Shown in pieces: positions 53,695 to 63,241 of a DNA stretch of 64,000 bases. The notes beneath the pieces are model-generated. The model was not told the DNA's origin, did not search any database, and saw nothing but the letters and a program-made list of their open reading frames with translations. A program made the position numbers and the translations under genes. The DNA comes from Clostridia bacterium (GTDB lineage: Bacteria; Bacillota; Clostridia; Oscillospirales; CAG-272). Location of the stretch: the NCBI GenBank assembly GCA_017961575.1, contig JAGCXA010000006.1:1672-65671 (forward strand). Direction: 5' to 3'. Position 1 is the stretch's first letter. Each line of letters opens with the position of its first letter.

Positions 53695-54759
53695 TCATTT
53701 CTTCGGGAGCGTTTTTTCAAGCGCTTCCCAAACGCCGGAGAGGTAAACGGCGCCGAGCGCGCGGTCGTAGAGACCGTACCCCGGTTTGCCCGACTCGCCC
53801 CAGATGTTGCGTCCGTGATCGGGACGGATATAACCGTCGAACCCGTTTTCATAAAGCGCGCGGAGAATACCGTAAATATCGAGCGAGCCGCACGACGTGG
53901 GATGCGGACTCTCGTGGAAGAAGAGTTTTCCGTCCTCCCGATCCACGAAGCGGATGTTCCGGGCGTGAACGAAATGCACGCGCCCCATCGCGGCGTATTT
54001 TCCCGCCATCTTCAAAAGATCGTTATTCCTGTCGGCGCCGAGCGACCCCGTGCAGAGCGTGATGCCGTTCTCGGGTTCGTTTACCGCCGAGAAGAGACGG
54101 TCGATCCCCGCTTCGCTCGAAATGATGCGGGGAAGACCGAAGAGCGACCACGGCGGATCGTCGGGATGCACCGCCATTTTGATCCCGCTCTCCTTGCAGG
54201 CGGGCATCAGGGCGGTCAAGAAGTAGACCATATTTTGAAACAGCTGTTCCGCGTCGACCGATTCGTAACGGCGGAGCAGGGCGGCGAGTTGTTCGCGGGT
54301 GTAACTCTCGTCCCAGCCGGGGAGCGAAAGCGACTGCTTTCTCGGATCGAGCGCGTCGACGGTGTTCTGATCGTAGGCGAGGCAGTTCGATCCGTCCGCC
54401 GTTTTGTAGGCGAGTTCCGAACGCACCCAGTCGAACACCGGCATAAAGTTGTAGCAGATCACCTTCACGCCCGCTTTACCGAGATTCCGGATCGTCTTGA
54501 TATAATTGTCGATCAGTCGGTCGCGTTCGCGGGATCCGAGTTTGATCTCTTCGTGAACCGGGACGCTCTCGATCACTTCCATTTCAAGACCGGCGTCATT
54601 TGCAAGTTTCTTTTGTTTCAGGATGCTGTCAAGATCCCAAGTTTCCCCGACGGGGATCGAGTAGAGCGCGGTCACGACGCCGCTCATCTTCGGGATCTGA
54701 CGGATCATTTCGAGCGATACGGGATCCTTTTCCCCGTACCAGCGAAAGGTCATTTTCAT
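53695..54759 (-). CDS. uxuA: mannonate dehydratase
   Basis: 354 aa; MKMTFRWYGEKDPVSLEMIRQIP N-terminus and full-length UxuA collinearity. Confidence 0.9.
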   Translation of the reverse strand: MKMTFRWYGEKDPVSLEMIRQIPKMSGVVTALYSIPVGETWDLDSILKQKKLANDAGLEMEVIESVPVHEEIKLGSRERDRLIDNYIKTIRNLGKAGVKVICYNFMPVFDWVRSELAYKTADGSNCLAYDQNTVDALDPRKQSLSLPGWDESYTREQLAALLRRYESVDAEQLFQNMVYFLTALMPACKESGIKMAVHPDDPPWSLFGLPRIISSEAGIDRLFSAVNEPENGITLCTGSLGADRNNDLLKMAGKYAAMGRVHFVHARNIRFVDREDGKLFFHESPHPTSCGSLDIYGILRALYENGFDGYIRPDHGRNIWGESGKPGYGLYDRALGAVYLSGVWEALEKTLPKK

Positions 54760-54775
54760 TCGACGGAATCCTTTC

Positions 54776-55777
54776 TCATTTGATTTTGATCGGAACGCCC
54801 TGTTCCGAGGATCGGTAGGCGGCGAGCAGGACGCAGAGAGGTACGGCGGCGGATTCGAGCGTGATCGGCATCGGGGACCCCGACGAGAGCGCCTCGTAGA
54901 AGAGACGGATCAGCCGGACGTGACCCGCGCCCCAGCACTCCTTGCCGGGGAAAGCGCGATCGTCCGCTTCGACTTCATAGGGAACGCCGTCGAGGTAGAG
55001 CGCGTCGCCGAGCAGGGTGATCCTCCGTCCGTTCCGGCAAAACAGTTCGTCAAAGTTCGGCGCGTCGCATCCGAACGCCGTCGTGGCGGTAAAGAACGCG
55101 GTCGCACCGGAGTCGAACCCGATCAACAGTTCCGCCGTGTCCTCGACCTCGATCACGCCGGCGTGACGGTGGTTCGCTGTTTTCGCCGAGACCGTGGAGG
55201 GAACTCCGCAGTAACCGATCAGAAGATCGAGCTCGTGGATCGCCTGGTTGATGAGGACACCGCCCCCCTCGGTCGCGGCTTTTCCGCGCCAGCCGTCGGT
55301 ACGGTAATACTCCGCGTCGCGGCACCAGGTGACGGCAGCGCGGGCAGACCCGACGCCGCCGAACTCCCCGGCGAGTTTCTTCGCCAGCAGAACCGAATGA
55401 TTCAGCCGGTTCTGAAAGCAGACGCAAACGCGACCGCGGCTTTTCTTTTCCGCTTCGGTCATGCGGGCGATCTCTTCCTCGGAGATACAGACCGGCTTTT
55501 CGAGAAAGACGTTGATCCCGCGGGCAAGCGCCTCGCAGGTCATCTCCGCGTGAAGATGGTGCGGCGTCGCGATATGTACGGCGTCGGGCTTCGTTTCATC
55601 GAGCATCTTCCGATAATCGGCGTAGACGGCGGCGTCGGGCGCGTACTTGTTTCGCGCGGCTTCGGCGCGTTCGGGGATCACGTCGCAGAGCGCGACGAGT
55701 TCGACGTCCGGAAGTGCGCGGATCGCGGTCAGATGGTTGCCGGAGATCGCTCCGCAACCGATCAGGGCTGTTTTCAT
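54776..55777 (-). CDS. Gfo/Idh/MocA family oxidoreductase
   Basis: 333 aa; MKTALIGCGAISGNH Rossmann loop and the EKP motif (FLEKPV). Confidence 0.85.
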   Translation of the reverse strand: MKTALIGCGAISGNHLTAIRALPDVELVALCDVIPERAEAARNKYAPDAAVYADYRKMLDETKPDAVHIATPHHLHAEMTCEALARGINVFLEKPVCISEEEIARMTEAEKKSRGRVCVCFQNRLNHSVLLAKKLAGEFGGVGSARAAVTWCRDAEYYRTDGWRGKAATEGGGVLINQAIHELDLLIGYCGVPSTVSAKTANHRHAGVIEVEDTAELLIGFDSGATAFFTATTAFGCDAPNFDELFCRNGRRITLLGDALYLDGVPYEVEADDRAFPGKECWGAGHVRLIRLFYEALSSGSPMPITLESAAVPLCVLLAAYRSSEQGVPIKIK

Positions 55778-55792
55778 AACTGTCTCCCGGTT

Positions 55793-56671
55793 TTATTTGA
55801 CCCAGAACGGACCGTTCTCGGTATATCCCTCTTGACGGAGCAGGTTTTTCAGCGCGTTGACGGCGAAATCGAACGATTCGTCGGAGTTTTTGAAAACGTG
55901 TCTGCCTTTCAGTTCGTGATCGTCGATCGAACTGTACGCCGAGAAGACGTGCAGATGCGGTTCGACCGAGAGGAAGACGGCGTTATCGGTGTGGCGGTCG
56001 ATCTTGCCGATCGCCTCGGCGATCTTTCCCTCGCCCTCGCCCGCCGGCACGATCGCCTGCTCGTCGAAGATCGCGTCCTTGACGTGCATATAGCGGAAAG
56101 AGGGAAGCGTCACGTCGATCCCCTGGGCGGCGTCGGCGCCGTTCATCCGGTAGTTCGCCGGATCGAAGATACCGGCGAGGTCGGGCAGGGTGCGGAACAG
56201 GTCGGCGACCTCCCCCGGCATCTGTCCGTAGATCTTGGACTCGTTCTCGTGGCAGAGGGTGATCCCCTCCGCCTTCGCCATATCCAGCATAACGGACAGG
56301 CGCTCCATCACCTCGCTCCGGCACTCTTTCAGCCGTTCCTGCGGGACGAAGAAACTGAACATCCGGATCAGGTTCGTGCCGAGGATATGCGCGGCTTGCA
56401 GCGCGCGGCGGAAATCTTCGAGATGGGGCGCGAGCGGTTCGTCGATCGGATATTTACCGATGGGGGAGCCGAGCGATGAGACGCGGATCCCGCCGTCGTC
56501 GAGCGTGCGGCGGACCTCTTTCAGTTCATCCTCGGATAAGGTAATGACTCCTTTTTTGTCGATCGCGCGCGGCTCGATATACCCGATGCCGTTCCGTTGC
56601 AGGGCGGCGATCTGCGAAGCGAGACTCTTTCCCGCTTCGTCGGCAAACGCGGACAGAATAAACTTTGCCAT
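55793..56671 (-). CDS. sugar phosphate isomerase/epimerase (xylose isomerase-like TIM barrel)
   Basis: 292 aa; GIGYIEPR, LCHENE, HVKD motifs. Confidence 0.75.
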   Translation of the reverse strand: MAKFILSAFADEAGKSLASQIAALQRNGIGYIEPRAIDKKGVITLSEDELKEVRRTLDDGGIRVSSLGSPIGKYPIDEPLAPHLEDFRRALQAAHILGTNLIRMFSFFVPQERLKECRSEVMERLSVMLDMAKAEGITLCHENESKIYGQMPGEVADLFRTLPDLAGIFDPANYRMNGADAAQGIDVTLPSFRYMHVKDAIFDEQAIVPAGEGEGKIAEAIGKIDRHTDNAVFLSVEPHLHVFSAYSSIDDHELKGRHVFKNSDESFDFAVNALKNLLRQEGYTENGPFWVK

Positions 56672-56684
56672 CTTCTCTCTCCTT

Positions 56685-57440
56685 TTACTTGATGAGGGGA
56701 CGCAGGGTCCTGAAACTGATCTCCATCTGTCCGATGGGATCGGGGAATTCGGGGGCGTTGTCCTGCTCGACCTGTACGTATTTCACCCCCGCCTTTTCGG
56801 CGGCGGCAACCAGGGGTTTGAAGTCGATCGTTCCGTTCCCGCAGGCGCAGAAGGGGTGATTTCCCTCGGGCGACAGATCTTTGAAATGGATGTTCGTCAT
56901 CCGACCGGCGAGGCGCGGGATATAGTCGAGCGGGTTCTTGCCGGCGAAGGTCGACCAATACACGTCGTGAATAAAGTCGAATTCGGACTCCTCGATCAGG
57001 ATCTCGTAGGGGTCGGTTCCGCCGCAGTCGAAAAACTCGAAATCGTGGTTGTGGTAGGTCAGCTGCATCCCGGCGGCGTGGATCTTCTTGCACGCCTCGG
57101 CGTACTCGGAAATGAACGCGCGGATCGCCTCGACCGAGCCGCGGTACTTCTCGGGCAGCAAGCCGATCCCGATGCTGTTGCATCCGTAGATCCTGTGTTC
57201 CGCGATCAGTTTGTCGGTGTCTCCCGTGATCCGATCGAGAGGGGAGTGCGTACAGGTGATCGGAAGGGAAAACTCCTCCGAAATATCGCGCAGACGTTCG
57301 GGTTCGATCGGTCCGCACCCGGAGACCTGTACGACCTCGTACCCGATCTCTTTCACGCGGCGGAAGGTATCGCGGATCCCGTCCGGCGTCCGGCAGAGAG
57401 TACGGAGAGAAAAGAGTTGCGCGCCGAGTTTCATAGTCAT
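56685..57440 (-). CDS. sugar phosphate isomerase/epimerase (xylose isomerase-like TIM barrel)
   Basis: 251 aa; GYEVVQVSG, YHNHDFEF, HFKD motifs; first gene of the operon. Confidence 0.75.
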   Translation of the reverse strand: MTMKLGAQLFSLRTLCRTPDGIRDTFRRVKEIGYEVVQVSGCGPIEPERLRDISEEFSLPITCTHSPLDRITGDTDKLIAEHRIYGCNSIGIGLLPEKYRGSVEAIRAFISEYAEACKKIHAAGMQLTYHNHDFEFFDCGGTDPYEILIEESEFDFIHDVYWSTFAGKNPLDYIPRLAGRMTNIHFKDLSPEGNHPFCACGNGTIDFKPLVAAAEKAGVKYVQVEQDNAPEFPDPIGQMEISFRTLRPLIK

Positions 57441-57612
57441 AAACCTCGCGTTAAATATTTTACTTTCCCATTATACCATACGCGCGAACGAAATGCCATT
57501 GTGTTTTTTGCATTATTTCAAAAAAAGGATTGCAAAAATTGCCCTGATGTGATAAGATAGCATACGACAGACGACGCGCCCGATCCTGTCCGGCGCGGGA
57601 AAGGAGCCCCCG

Positions 57613-58419
57613 ATGGATCATCGGTTCGATCTGACCCTTCCGGTCTCTCTCGAATATCACCATTACCGTGAAGCGACGCCGATCCCGAGCGCGTTTTCAC
57701 GCCATTGTCACGACGGTTACGAACTGATCTGCATCATCGAGGGACGCGGACGGTTTATCGTCGAGGGGACGGCGTACGACGTCCGCCCCAAAACCGTTCT
57801 GTTTTTCCGTCCGCACGAATACCACTACGTCGACGTTCGTCCCGGGGAGCCCTACGAGCGACAGGTTTTCCATTTCACGCGCGAGAGCGTCGATCCCGAC
57901 GTCGGACTCTTTCTCGATCAGCTCGACGAACGCCCCTTCGGAGAGGGCAACCGATACGCGGAGGGCGATCTTCCGCCGGAGTTTTCGGCGTTGCTACGCG
58001 GGTTCGACGCGGTCGGGAACCTTCCCGAACAGCAGCAGGCGGTGTTCTGCCGTACGCGGCTTTCCGATCTGATCATGATGCTCGCGACGTCGAGCGCGCA
58101 GTCGGGGAACCCGATCTCCGAACGCCTCGGAGGACGGGTCGTCCGTTATCTGAACGAGCATATCGACACCGGCGAGACGCTTGACGATCTCGCAAAACGG
58201 TTTCTCGTCAGCAAGTTTTATCTTTGCCGCTCCTTCAAAGAACACAACGGCATATCAATCCACGGCTATCTGACCCGGAAACGGGTGATGATCGCCAAAA
58301 CCAAGATCGAGGACGGGGTCTCGGCGTCCAGCGCGGCGCAGGCGGTCGGGTTCGGCGATTATTCGGCGTTCTTCCGCGCCTATCGCCGCATCGTCGGACG
58401 TTCACCGAGAAAAACCTGA
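57613..58419 (+). CDS. AraC family transcriptional regulator (cupin N-domain + HTH)
   Basis: 268 aa; cupin HCHDGYELICIIEG; C-terminal AraC HTH (FYLCRSFKEHNGISIHGYL...GFGDYSAFFRAY). Divergent from the sugar operon. Confidence 0.85.
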   Translation: MDHRFDLTLPVSLEYHHYREATPIPSAFSRHCHDGYELICIIEGRGRFIVEGTAYDVRPKTVLFFRPHEYHYVDVRPGEPYERQVFHFTRESVDPDVGLFLDQLDERPFGEGNRYAEGDLPPEFSALLRGFDAVGNLPEQQQAVFCRTRLSDLIMMLATSSAQSGNPISERLGGRVVRYLNEHIDTGETLDDLAKRFLVSKFYLCRSFKEHNGISIHGYLTRKRVMIAKTKIEDGVSASSAAQAVGFGDYSAFFRAYRRIVGRSPRKT

Positions 58420-58429
58420 GAAAGCCGGA

Positions 58430-60310
58430 ATGAGGAATATGAAAGAAACGCCCACGCTTGATAAAATCCAGTCTCCGGAGGATCTTCGCAGGATCCCCGA
58501 AAAAGAAATACCGACGCTCGCCTCCGAGATCAGGGAATTCCTGATCGATACGGTGACGAAAACGGGGGGACACCTCGCCTCGAATCTCGGCGTCGTGGAA
58601 CTGACGCTCGCGCTTCACCGTGTCTTCCAAACGCCGGAAGACCGCCTGATCTTCGACGTCGGTCATCAGAGTTACGTTCATAAACTGCTGACCGGGCGGA
58701 GAGCCGGCTTCGACGCCCTGCGGACGCCCGGAGGGCTTTCGGGCTTCACCCGTCGGGAGGAGAGCGAGTACGATCCTTTCGGCGCGGGACACAGTTCGAC
58801 GTCGATTTCCGCCGCGCTCGGTTTTGCCAAAGCAGACAGACTGCTGGGGCGCGACAATTTCACCGTCGCCGTGATCGGGGACGGGGCGTTTACCGGCGGA
58901 ATGGTACACGAGGCGCTGAACAACTGCGCGAAAGACCTGAAACTGATTATCGTCCTGAACGAGAACGAGATGTCGATCTCGCGCAACATCGGGGCGTTCG
59001 CGCGGCATCTCGCGAAGATCCGCACCTCGAAAAGATACCGCAGGGCAAAACGCGACACGCAGTCGATCCTGCGGCATATCCCGCTGATCGGAAAGGGCAT
59101 TTATCACGCCGTCCGCGGGATCAAAAAAGGGTTCAAGAATCTGCTCTATTCCTCCAACTACTTTGAGGAACTCGGGCTTTACTACATCGGTCCCATCGAC
59201 GGAAACGACTTCGGCACCGTCGAACGGGCGCTCATCGCCGCAAAAGAACAGGGCGAACCCGCCCTCGTTCACGTCCGTACCGTCAAGGGGAAGGGGTATC
59301 CGCCCGCCGAGTCCGACCCCCGTTCCTATCATAGCATCCATCCGGGTGAAAAGCCCGCCCGTACCTTCGGCGAGGCGTTCGGGGAATGGCTGACAGCCGA
59401 GGGAGAGAAGGATCCCCGCGTCGTCGCCGTGACCGCCGCGATGGGGATCTCCACCGGGCTGGAACCGTTCGCCGCGCGCTTTCCGGAGCGGTACACCGAC
59501 GTCGGGATCGCCGAGGAGCACGCCGTCACCTATTCCGCCGGACTTGCGGCGGGGGGGCTTTTGCCCTTTGTGACCGTTTATTCGACCTTTCTGCAACGGG
59601 CATACGACAACGTCCTTCACGACGTCGCGTTACAGGGGTTGCCCGTCCGGATCATCATCGACCGAGCCGGACTTGCGAAGTCCGACGGTCCCACCCATCA
59701 CGGGATCTTCGACGTCGCGTTTCTCTCGCATATTCCGGGGATCCGTCTTTTCGCCCCCGTCACGTTCGGGTCTCTTGCGGCGATCCTCTCCGCGACGAAG
59801 GACGATCCGTGTCCCGTCGCCGTCCGTTATCCGTACGCCGGGGAGGATCCCGCCGTCGTTTCGACCTTCTATCCGACGGGAGAATACGGCGAACCTTTCG
59901 TGCGGTCGGACGACGAAAAGGACCCCGCCGCTGTGATCGTCGCCTACGGGGGGATCGTTTCCGAAGCGCTGAAAGCGAAGGAAATGCTGAAAGGAAAGGG
60001 GATCACCGCCTCCGTGATCCTTTTGGAAGAACTCAAACCCTACGATCAAACCGCGGTGAAACTCGCCTCGCAGATCCCGGAAGGCGTTCCGATCGTCTTC
60101 GTCGAAGAGGGGATCTACGACGGCGGCGCCTCGATGATCCTCTCCGAGCGGTTGTCCGAGTATTACGAAAAGACGCCGCCCACCCGCATCCTTGCGATCC
60201 CGGATCATTTCGCCTCGCCCGACCGTCCCTGCGATCTTCTCGCGTGGCTCCGGCTCGACGCCGCCGGGATCGCCGACGCGGTGACGAGCCTCTTGGAAGA
60301 ATCGAACTGA
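58430..60310 (+). CDS. dxs: 1-deoxy-D-xylulose-5-phosphate synthase
   Basis: 626 aa; GGHLASNLG, DVGHQSY, GDGAFTGGM TPP motifs. Starts 10 nt after the araC-like stop (start 58430 or 58439). Confidence 0.95.
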   Translation: MRNMKETPTLDKIQSPEDLRRIPEKEIPTLASEIREFLIDTVTKTGGHLASNLGVVELTLALHRVFQTPEDRLIFDVGHQSYVHKLLTGRRAGFDALRTPGGLSGFTRREESEYDPFGAGHSSTSISAALGFAKADRLLGRDNFTVAVIGDGAFTGGMVHEALNNCAKDLKLIIVLNENEMSISRNIGAFARHLAKIRTSKRYRRAKRDTQSILRHIPLIGKGIYHAVRGIKKGFKNLLYSSNYFEELGLYYIGPIDGNDFGTVERALIAAKEQGEPALVHVRTVKGKGYPPAESDPRSYHSIHPGEKPARTFGEAFGEWLTAEGEKDPRVVAVTAAMGISTGLEPFAARFPERYTDVGIAEEHAVTYSAGLAAGGLLPFVTVYSTFLQRAYDNVLHDVALQGLPVRIIIDRAGLAKSDGPTHHGIFDVAFLSHIPGIRLFAPVTFGSLAAILSATKDDPCPVAVRYPYAGEDPAVVSTFYPTGEYGEPFVRSDDEKDPAAVIVAYGGIVSEALKAKEMLKGKGITASVILLEELKPYDQTAVKLASQIPEGVPIVFVEEGIYDGGASMILSERLSEYYEKTPPTRILAIPDHFASPDRPCDLLAWLRLDAAGIADAVTSLLEESN

Positions 60311-60322
60311 CCGAATAAAAAC

Positions 60323-60365
60323 CGCCGCCCGCAACAGTCAAACGAGTTGCGGGCGGCGTGTTTTT
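60323..60365. terminator. bidirectional terminator
   Basis: CGCCGCCCGCAAC-loop-GTTGCGGGCGGCG then TGTTTTT; A-run upstream. Confidence 0.75.
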
Positions 60366-60374
60366 CATCCGGGA

Positions 60375-60962
60375 TCAGGACTGTTTCCCGGTCCCTTTCC
60401 GTGCGGTCGGTTTCTTCGTGTGGCAGAGGAGAATCCGCATTCCCGGATTCTTGCGGCGTAAAAACATCAGAAAGTCGATCTTCTGCTCGACCGAGAGGGT
60501 CGATTTGTCCATCGGGACGGAGACGGGGGAGAAGGACTTGTCCCCGACCACGATCGTCAGAAGATTCTCCGATTCGATCAGGGCGGAAATGGAAGAGAAT
60601 GAAAGGAAATGCGATTCTCCGTCGATGCGTACGTCGACCGACGCTTCGGAAAACAGGGTGCTGAATTCGATCATTCCGCCTTCGGATCGGGGGCTGCATC
60701 CCTTGATCGCTTTGAGCAGTTTCAGCATAGGAACCCGATAGGAGAGCAGGGCGTAGCAAACGAAGAACGCCGCGAGAAGGTAAGGAATGAAAAAGTACCA
60801 GATCCCGCGGATCAGAAATCCGGTGCCCCAGACGAGGCACAGTACCGAGAGTATGCCGACGGGAACGTCGAGGTTTTTTCGACGGAAACGGAGCGCCGCG
60901 CGGGCGCTTTCGAGCATAACCGAACGGTCGGCATTTACGGTGTTGACGAAAACGGGACGCAT
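60375..60962 (-). CDS. hypothetical membrane protein (YcxB-like topology)
   Basis: 195 aa; two adjacent TM helices followed by a soluble beta-rich domain. Confidence 0.55.
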   Translation of the reverse strand: MRPVFVNTVNADRSVMLESARAALRFRRKNLDVPVGILSVLCLVWGTGFLIRGIWYFFIPYLLAAFFVCYALLSYRVPMLKLLKAIKGCSPRSEGGMIEFSTLFSEASVDVRIDGESHFLSFSSISALIESENLLTIVVGDKSFSPVSVPMDKSTLSVEQKIDFLMFLRRKNPGMRILLCHTKKPTARKGTGKQS

Positions 60963-61100
60963 ATTCTTCCCCTGTTCTTTCCGGTTTTTATCAAATTATA
61001 TCATATTTTCCTGTACTTGTCAACAATTTTCGTGTGTTTGCGGGAACTGCCCGCGCTCCGTCTTCGTCGCGGCGTTTTCCCTCGTTTCTCATTTTTTCTG

Positions 61101-61129
61101 TTGCTTTTTGACGAAGGATGTGATATAAT
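61101..61129 (+). promoter_or_regulatory. sigma-A promoter of capD-like gene
   Basis: -35 TTGCTT (61101..61106), 17 nt, TGaTATAAT (-10 at 61124..61129). Confidence 0.55.
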
Positions 61130-61217
61130 CAAAAAACGGAGCACCCGAAAAAACCGGAATCAAGTTCAAACGAATGGTCGGAAAGACCAAATGAAATAAC
61201 GCAAAGGATATTGTTTT

Positions 61218-63080
61218 ATGAATATCATAGCCCAGCTTGGCAAGGGCAGAAAACGTTGGATCTTTGCCGCATTGGACGCGATCGTTCCGCTCCTGATTAT
61301 TCTCGTCGTCGATCTGATCGCGATCCCGATTTCCGAATTCGGCGCTTTCATCGCGGCTCGCTGGTATATTACGCTGATTCAGATCGCGGTATATCCGATT
61401 CTTTTCTTCATTTTCCGGATCTATCAGATCAGCTGGGTCTACTGCAACGCTTGGGAATGCGTGCGTCTCATCGCCGTTTGCGGCGGCGGAACCGTCGCCG
61501 GCATCTGCGCGTCCTTTATCCGTTTCGGGTGGGACAGCCGTTTCAAACTGAGTCTTGCGTCGGGCTTCATCATTTTCGGCGCGCTGATCGGCTCGCGTCT
61601 TCTTCTTACCGTTCTTTTCAGGATTATGCAAGAGCGGCAGAAGGAGCAGACGAGACGCCCGAAGCGCGCGCTCGTGATCGGCGCGGGGGAGTTGGCGGTC
61701 ATCCTCCTGCGGGACAACTCGTATAACAACCGCGTCAACTTCGACATCGTGGGGCTGATCGACGACGATCCCGCAAAGCTGCGTCAGAAAGTTCACGGGG
61801 CGACGGTTCTCGGCGGACGCGACGACATCGAGCGGATCGTCAAAGAGAAGAACGTCGAACTGATCATCTTCGCGATCAGCACGATCGATCAGAAGAGCAA
61901 ATCCGAGTTGCTTTCGATTTGCAGTAAGACCGGGCGTCGGGTCATGATCCTGAAAGGGGTCGAGGACTCGATCGTCAAAAAGGGAAACGAACCCGAAAAG
62001 TATCTGCGGAACGTCGAGATCGAGGACCTTCTCGAACGCGAGCCGATCCGTCTGAACAATACCCTGATCGAAGAGGAACTGAAAGGGAAGGTCGTTCTCG
62101 TGACCGGGGGCGGCGGATCCATCGGTTCCGAACTCTGCCGTCAGATCCTTCGGTTTGAACCCGCGCACCTTGTCATCCTCGATATTTACGAGAATACGAC
62201 CTACGAGGTGCAGAACGAGCTGGAAGAAAAGTACCCGGATCAGAAGATCACGGTGCTGATCGGCTCGGTGCGCGATAAGGCGAGGCTTGACGAGATCATG
62301 GAGCAGTACAAGCCGTGGATCGTCTTCCACGCCGCCGCGCACAAGCACGTTCCGCTGATGGAATACAGCCCCGCCGAGGCGATCAAGAACAACGTGTTCG
62401 GCACCTACAATACCGCCCGCTCCGCCGCCGAGCACGGCGTCCGTCGCTTCGTGATGATCTCGACCGACAAGGCGGTCAACCCCACGAACGTGATGGGCGC
62501 GTCCAAACGGATGTGCGAGATGGTCGTCCAGACGATGGAAAAATGCTCGGATACCGAGTTCGTCGCGGTCCGGTTCGGCAACGTTCTCGGCTCGCACGGC
62601 TCAGTCATCCCCCGGTTCCGCAAGCAGATCGAGCAGGGCGGACCCGTCACCGTCACGCATCCCGACATCACGCGCTTCTTTATGACGATCCCGGAGGCGG
62701 CGCAGCTCGTCTTGCAGGCGGCGTCCTACGCGAAGGGCGGCGAGATCTTCGTCCTGAATATGGGCAAACCCGTCCGGATCTACGATCTGGCGAAGAAGAT
62801 CATTTCGCTCTCCGGCTTCCGCCCGGACGTCGACGTCAAGATCGTCTTCACGGGCCTCCGTCCCGGCGAAAAACTCTACGAAGAACTGCTGATGAACGAG
62901 GAAGGACTGACCAAGACGGCGCACAGCAAGATCTTCATCGGGAAGCAGATCGACATCACCGAGGACGAATTGAAGGATAAACTCGCGAAACTCGAATCGG
63001 TTCTCCACGCCGACGTCGAAACGGTCAAGGATATGATGGAACAGGTCGTTCCGACCTACAAGAGAAACCGGCAGGATTAA
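61218..63080 (+). CDS. membrane-anchored nucleotide-sugar 4,6-dehydratase/epimerase (CapD/WbpM/PglF-like)
   Basis: 620 aa; four N-terminal TM helices; two Rossmann regions (VIGAGELA; VTGGGGSIGSEL); YxxxK region. Confidence 0.85.
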   Translation: MNIIAQLGKGRKRWIFAALDAIVPLLIILVVDLIAIPISEFGAFIAARWYITLIQIAVYPILFFIFRIYQISWVYCNAWECVRLIAVCGGGTVAGICASFIRFGWDSRFKLSLASGFIIFGALIGSRLLLTVLFRIMQERQKEQTRRPKRALVIGAGELAVILLRDNSYNNRVNFDIVGLIDDDPAKLRQKVHGATVLGGRDDIERIVKEKNVELIIFAISTIDQKSKSELLSICSKTGRRVMILKGVEDSIVKKGNEPEKYLRNVEIEDLLEREPIRLNNTLIEEELKGKVVLVTGGGGSIGSELCRQILRFEPAHLVILDIYENTTYEVQNELEEKYPDQKITVLIGSVRDKARLDEIMEQYKPWIVFHAAAHKHVPLMEYSPAEAIKNNVFGTYNTARSAAEHGVRRFVMISTDKAVNPTNVMGASKRMCEMVVQTMEKCSDTEFVAVRFGNVLGSHGSVIPRFRKQIEQGGPVTVTHPDITRFFMTIPEAAQLVLQAASYAKGGEIFVLNMGKPVRIYDLAKKIISLSGFRPDVDVKIVFTGLRPGEKLYEELLMNEEGLTKTAHSKIFIGKQIDITEDELKDKLAKLESVLHADVETVKDMMEQVVPTYKRNRQD

Positions 63081-63089
63081 AGGAATACC

Positions 63090-63130
63090 AACCGCTCCCG
63101 AAACGTGTCGGGAGCGGTTTTTTCTTTTTT
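63090..63130 (+). terminator. terminator of capD-like gene
   Basis: AACCGCTCCCG-loop-CGGGAGCGGTT followed by a long T-run. Confidence 0.75.
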
Positions 63131-63164
63131 CGGGGAGGTTTTTTGAAAAAAGGGGCGTTTACCC

Positions 63165-63193
63165 TTGTAAAAAGCGGGAAAAGGTGTTATAAT
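63165..63193 (+). promoter_or_regulatory. sigma-A promoter of metG
   Basis: -35 TTGTAA (63165..63170), 17 nt, TGtTATAAT (-10 at 63188..63193). Confidence 0.55.
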
Positions 63194-63241
63194 ACCGTAA
63201 AAGCGACCCGAAGAGGAAACGACAGAGTACGGAGGAAAGCA

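Noticed and set aside
63081-63241. A T-box leader upstream of metG (also looked for upstream of pheA at 704..946).
   Set aside because: There is no T-box consensus (AANNNGGGTGGTACCGCG), no specifier-loop architecture and no terminator. The leader is only about 45 nt after the -10 box.
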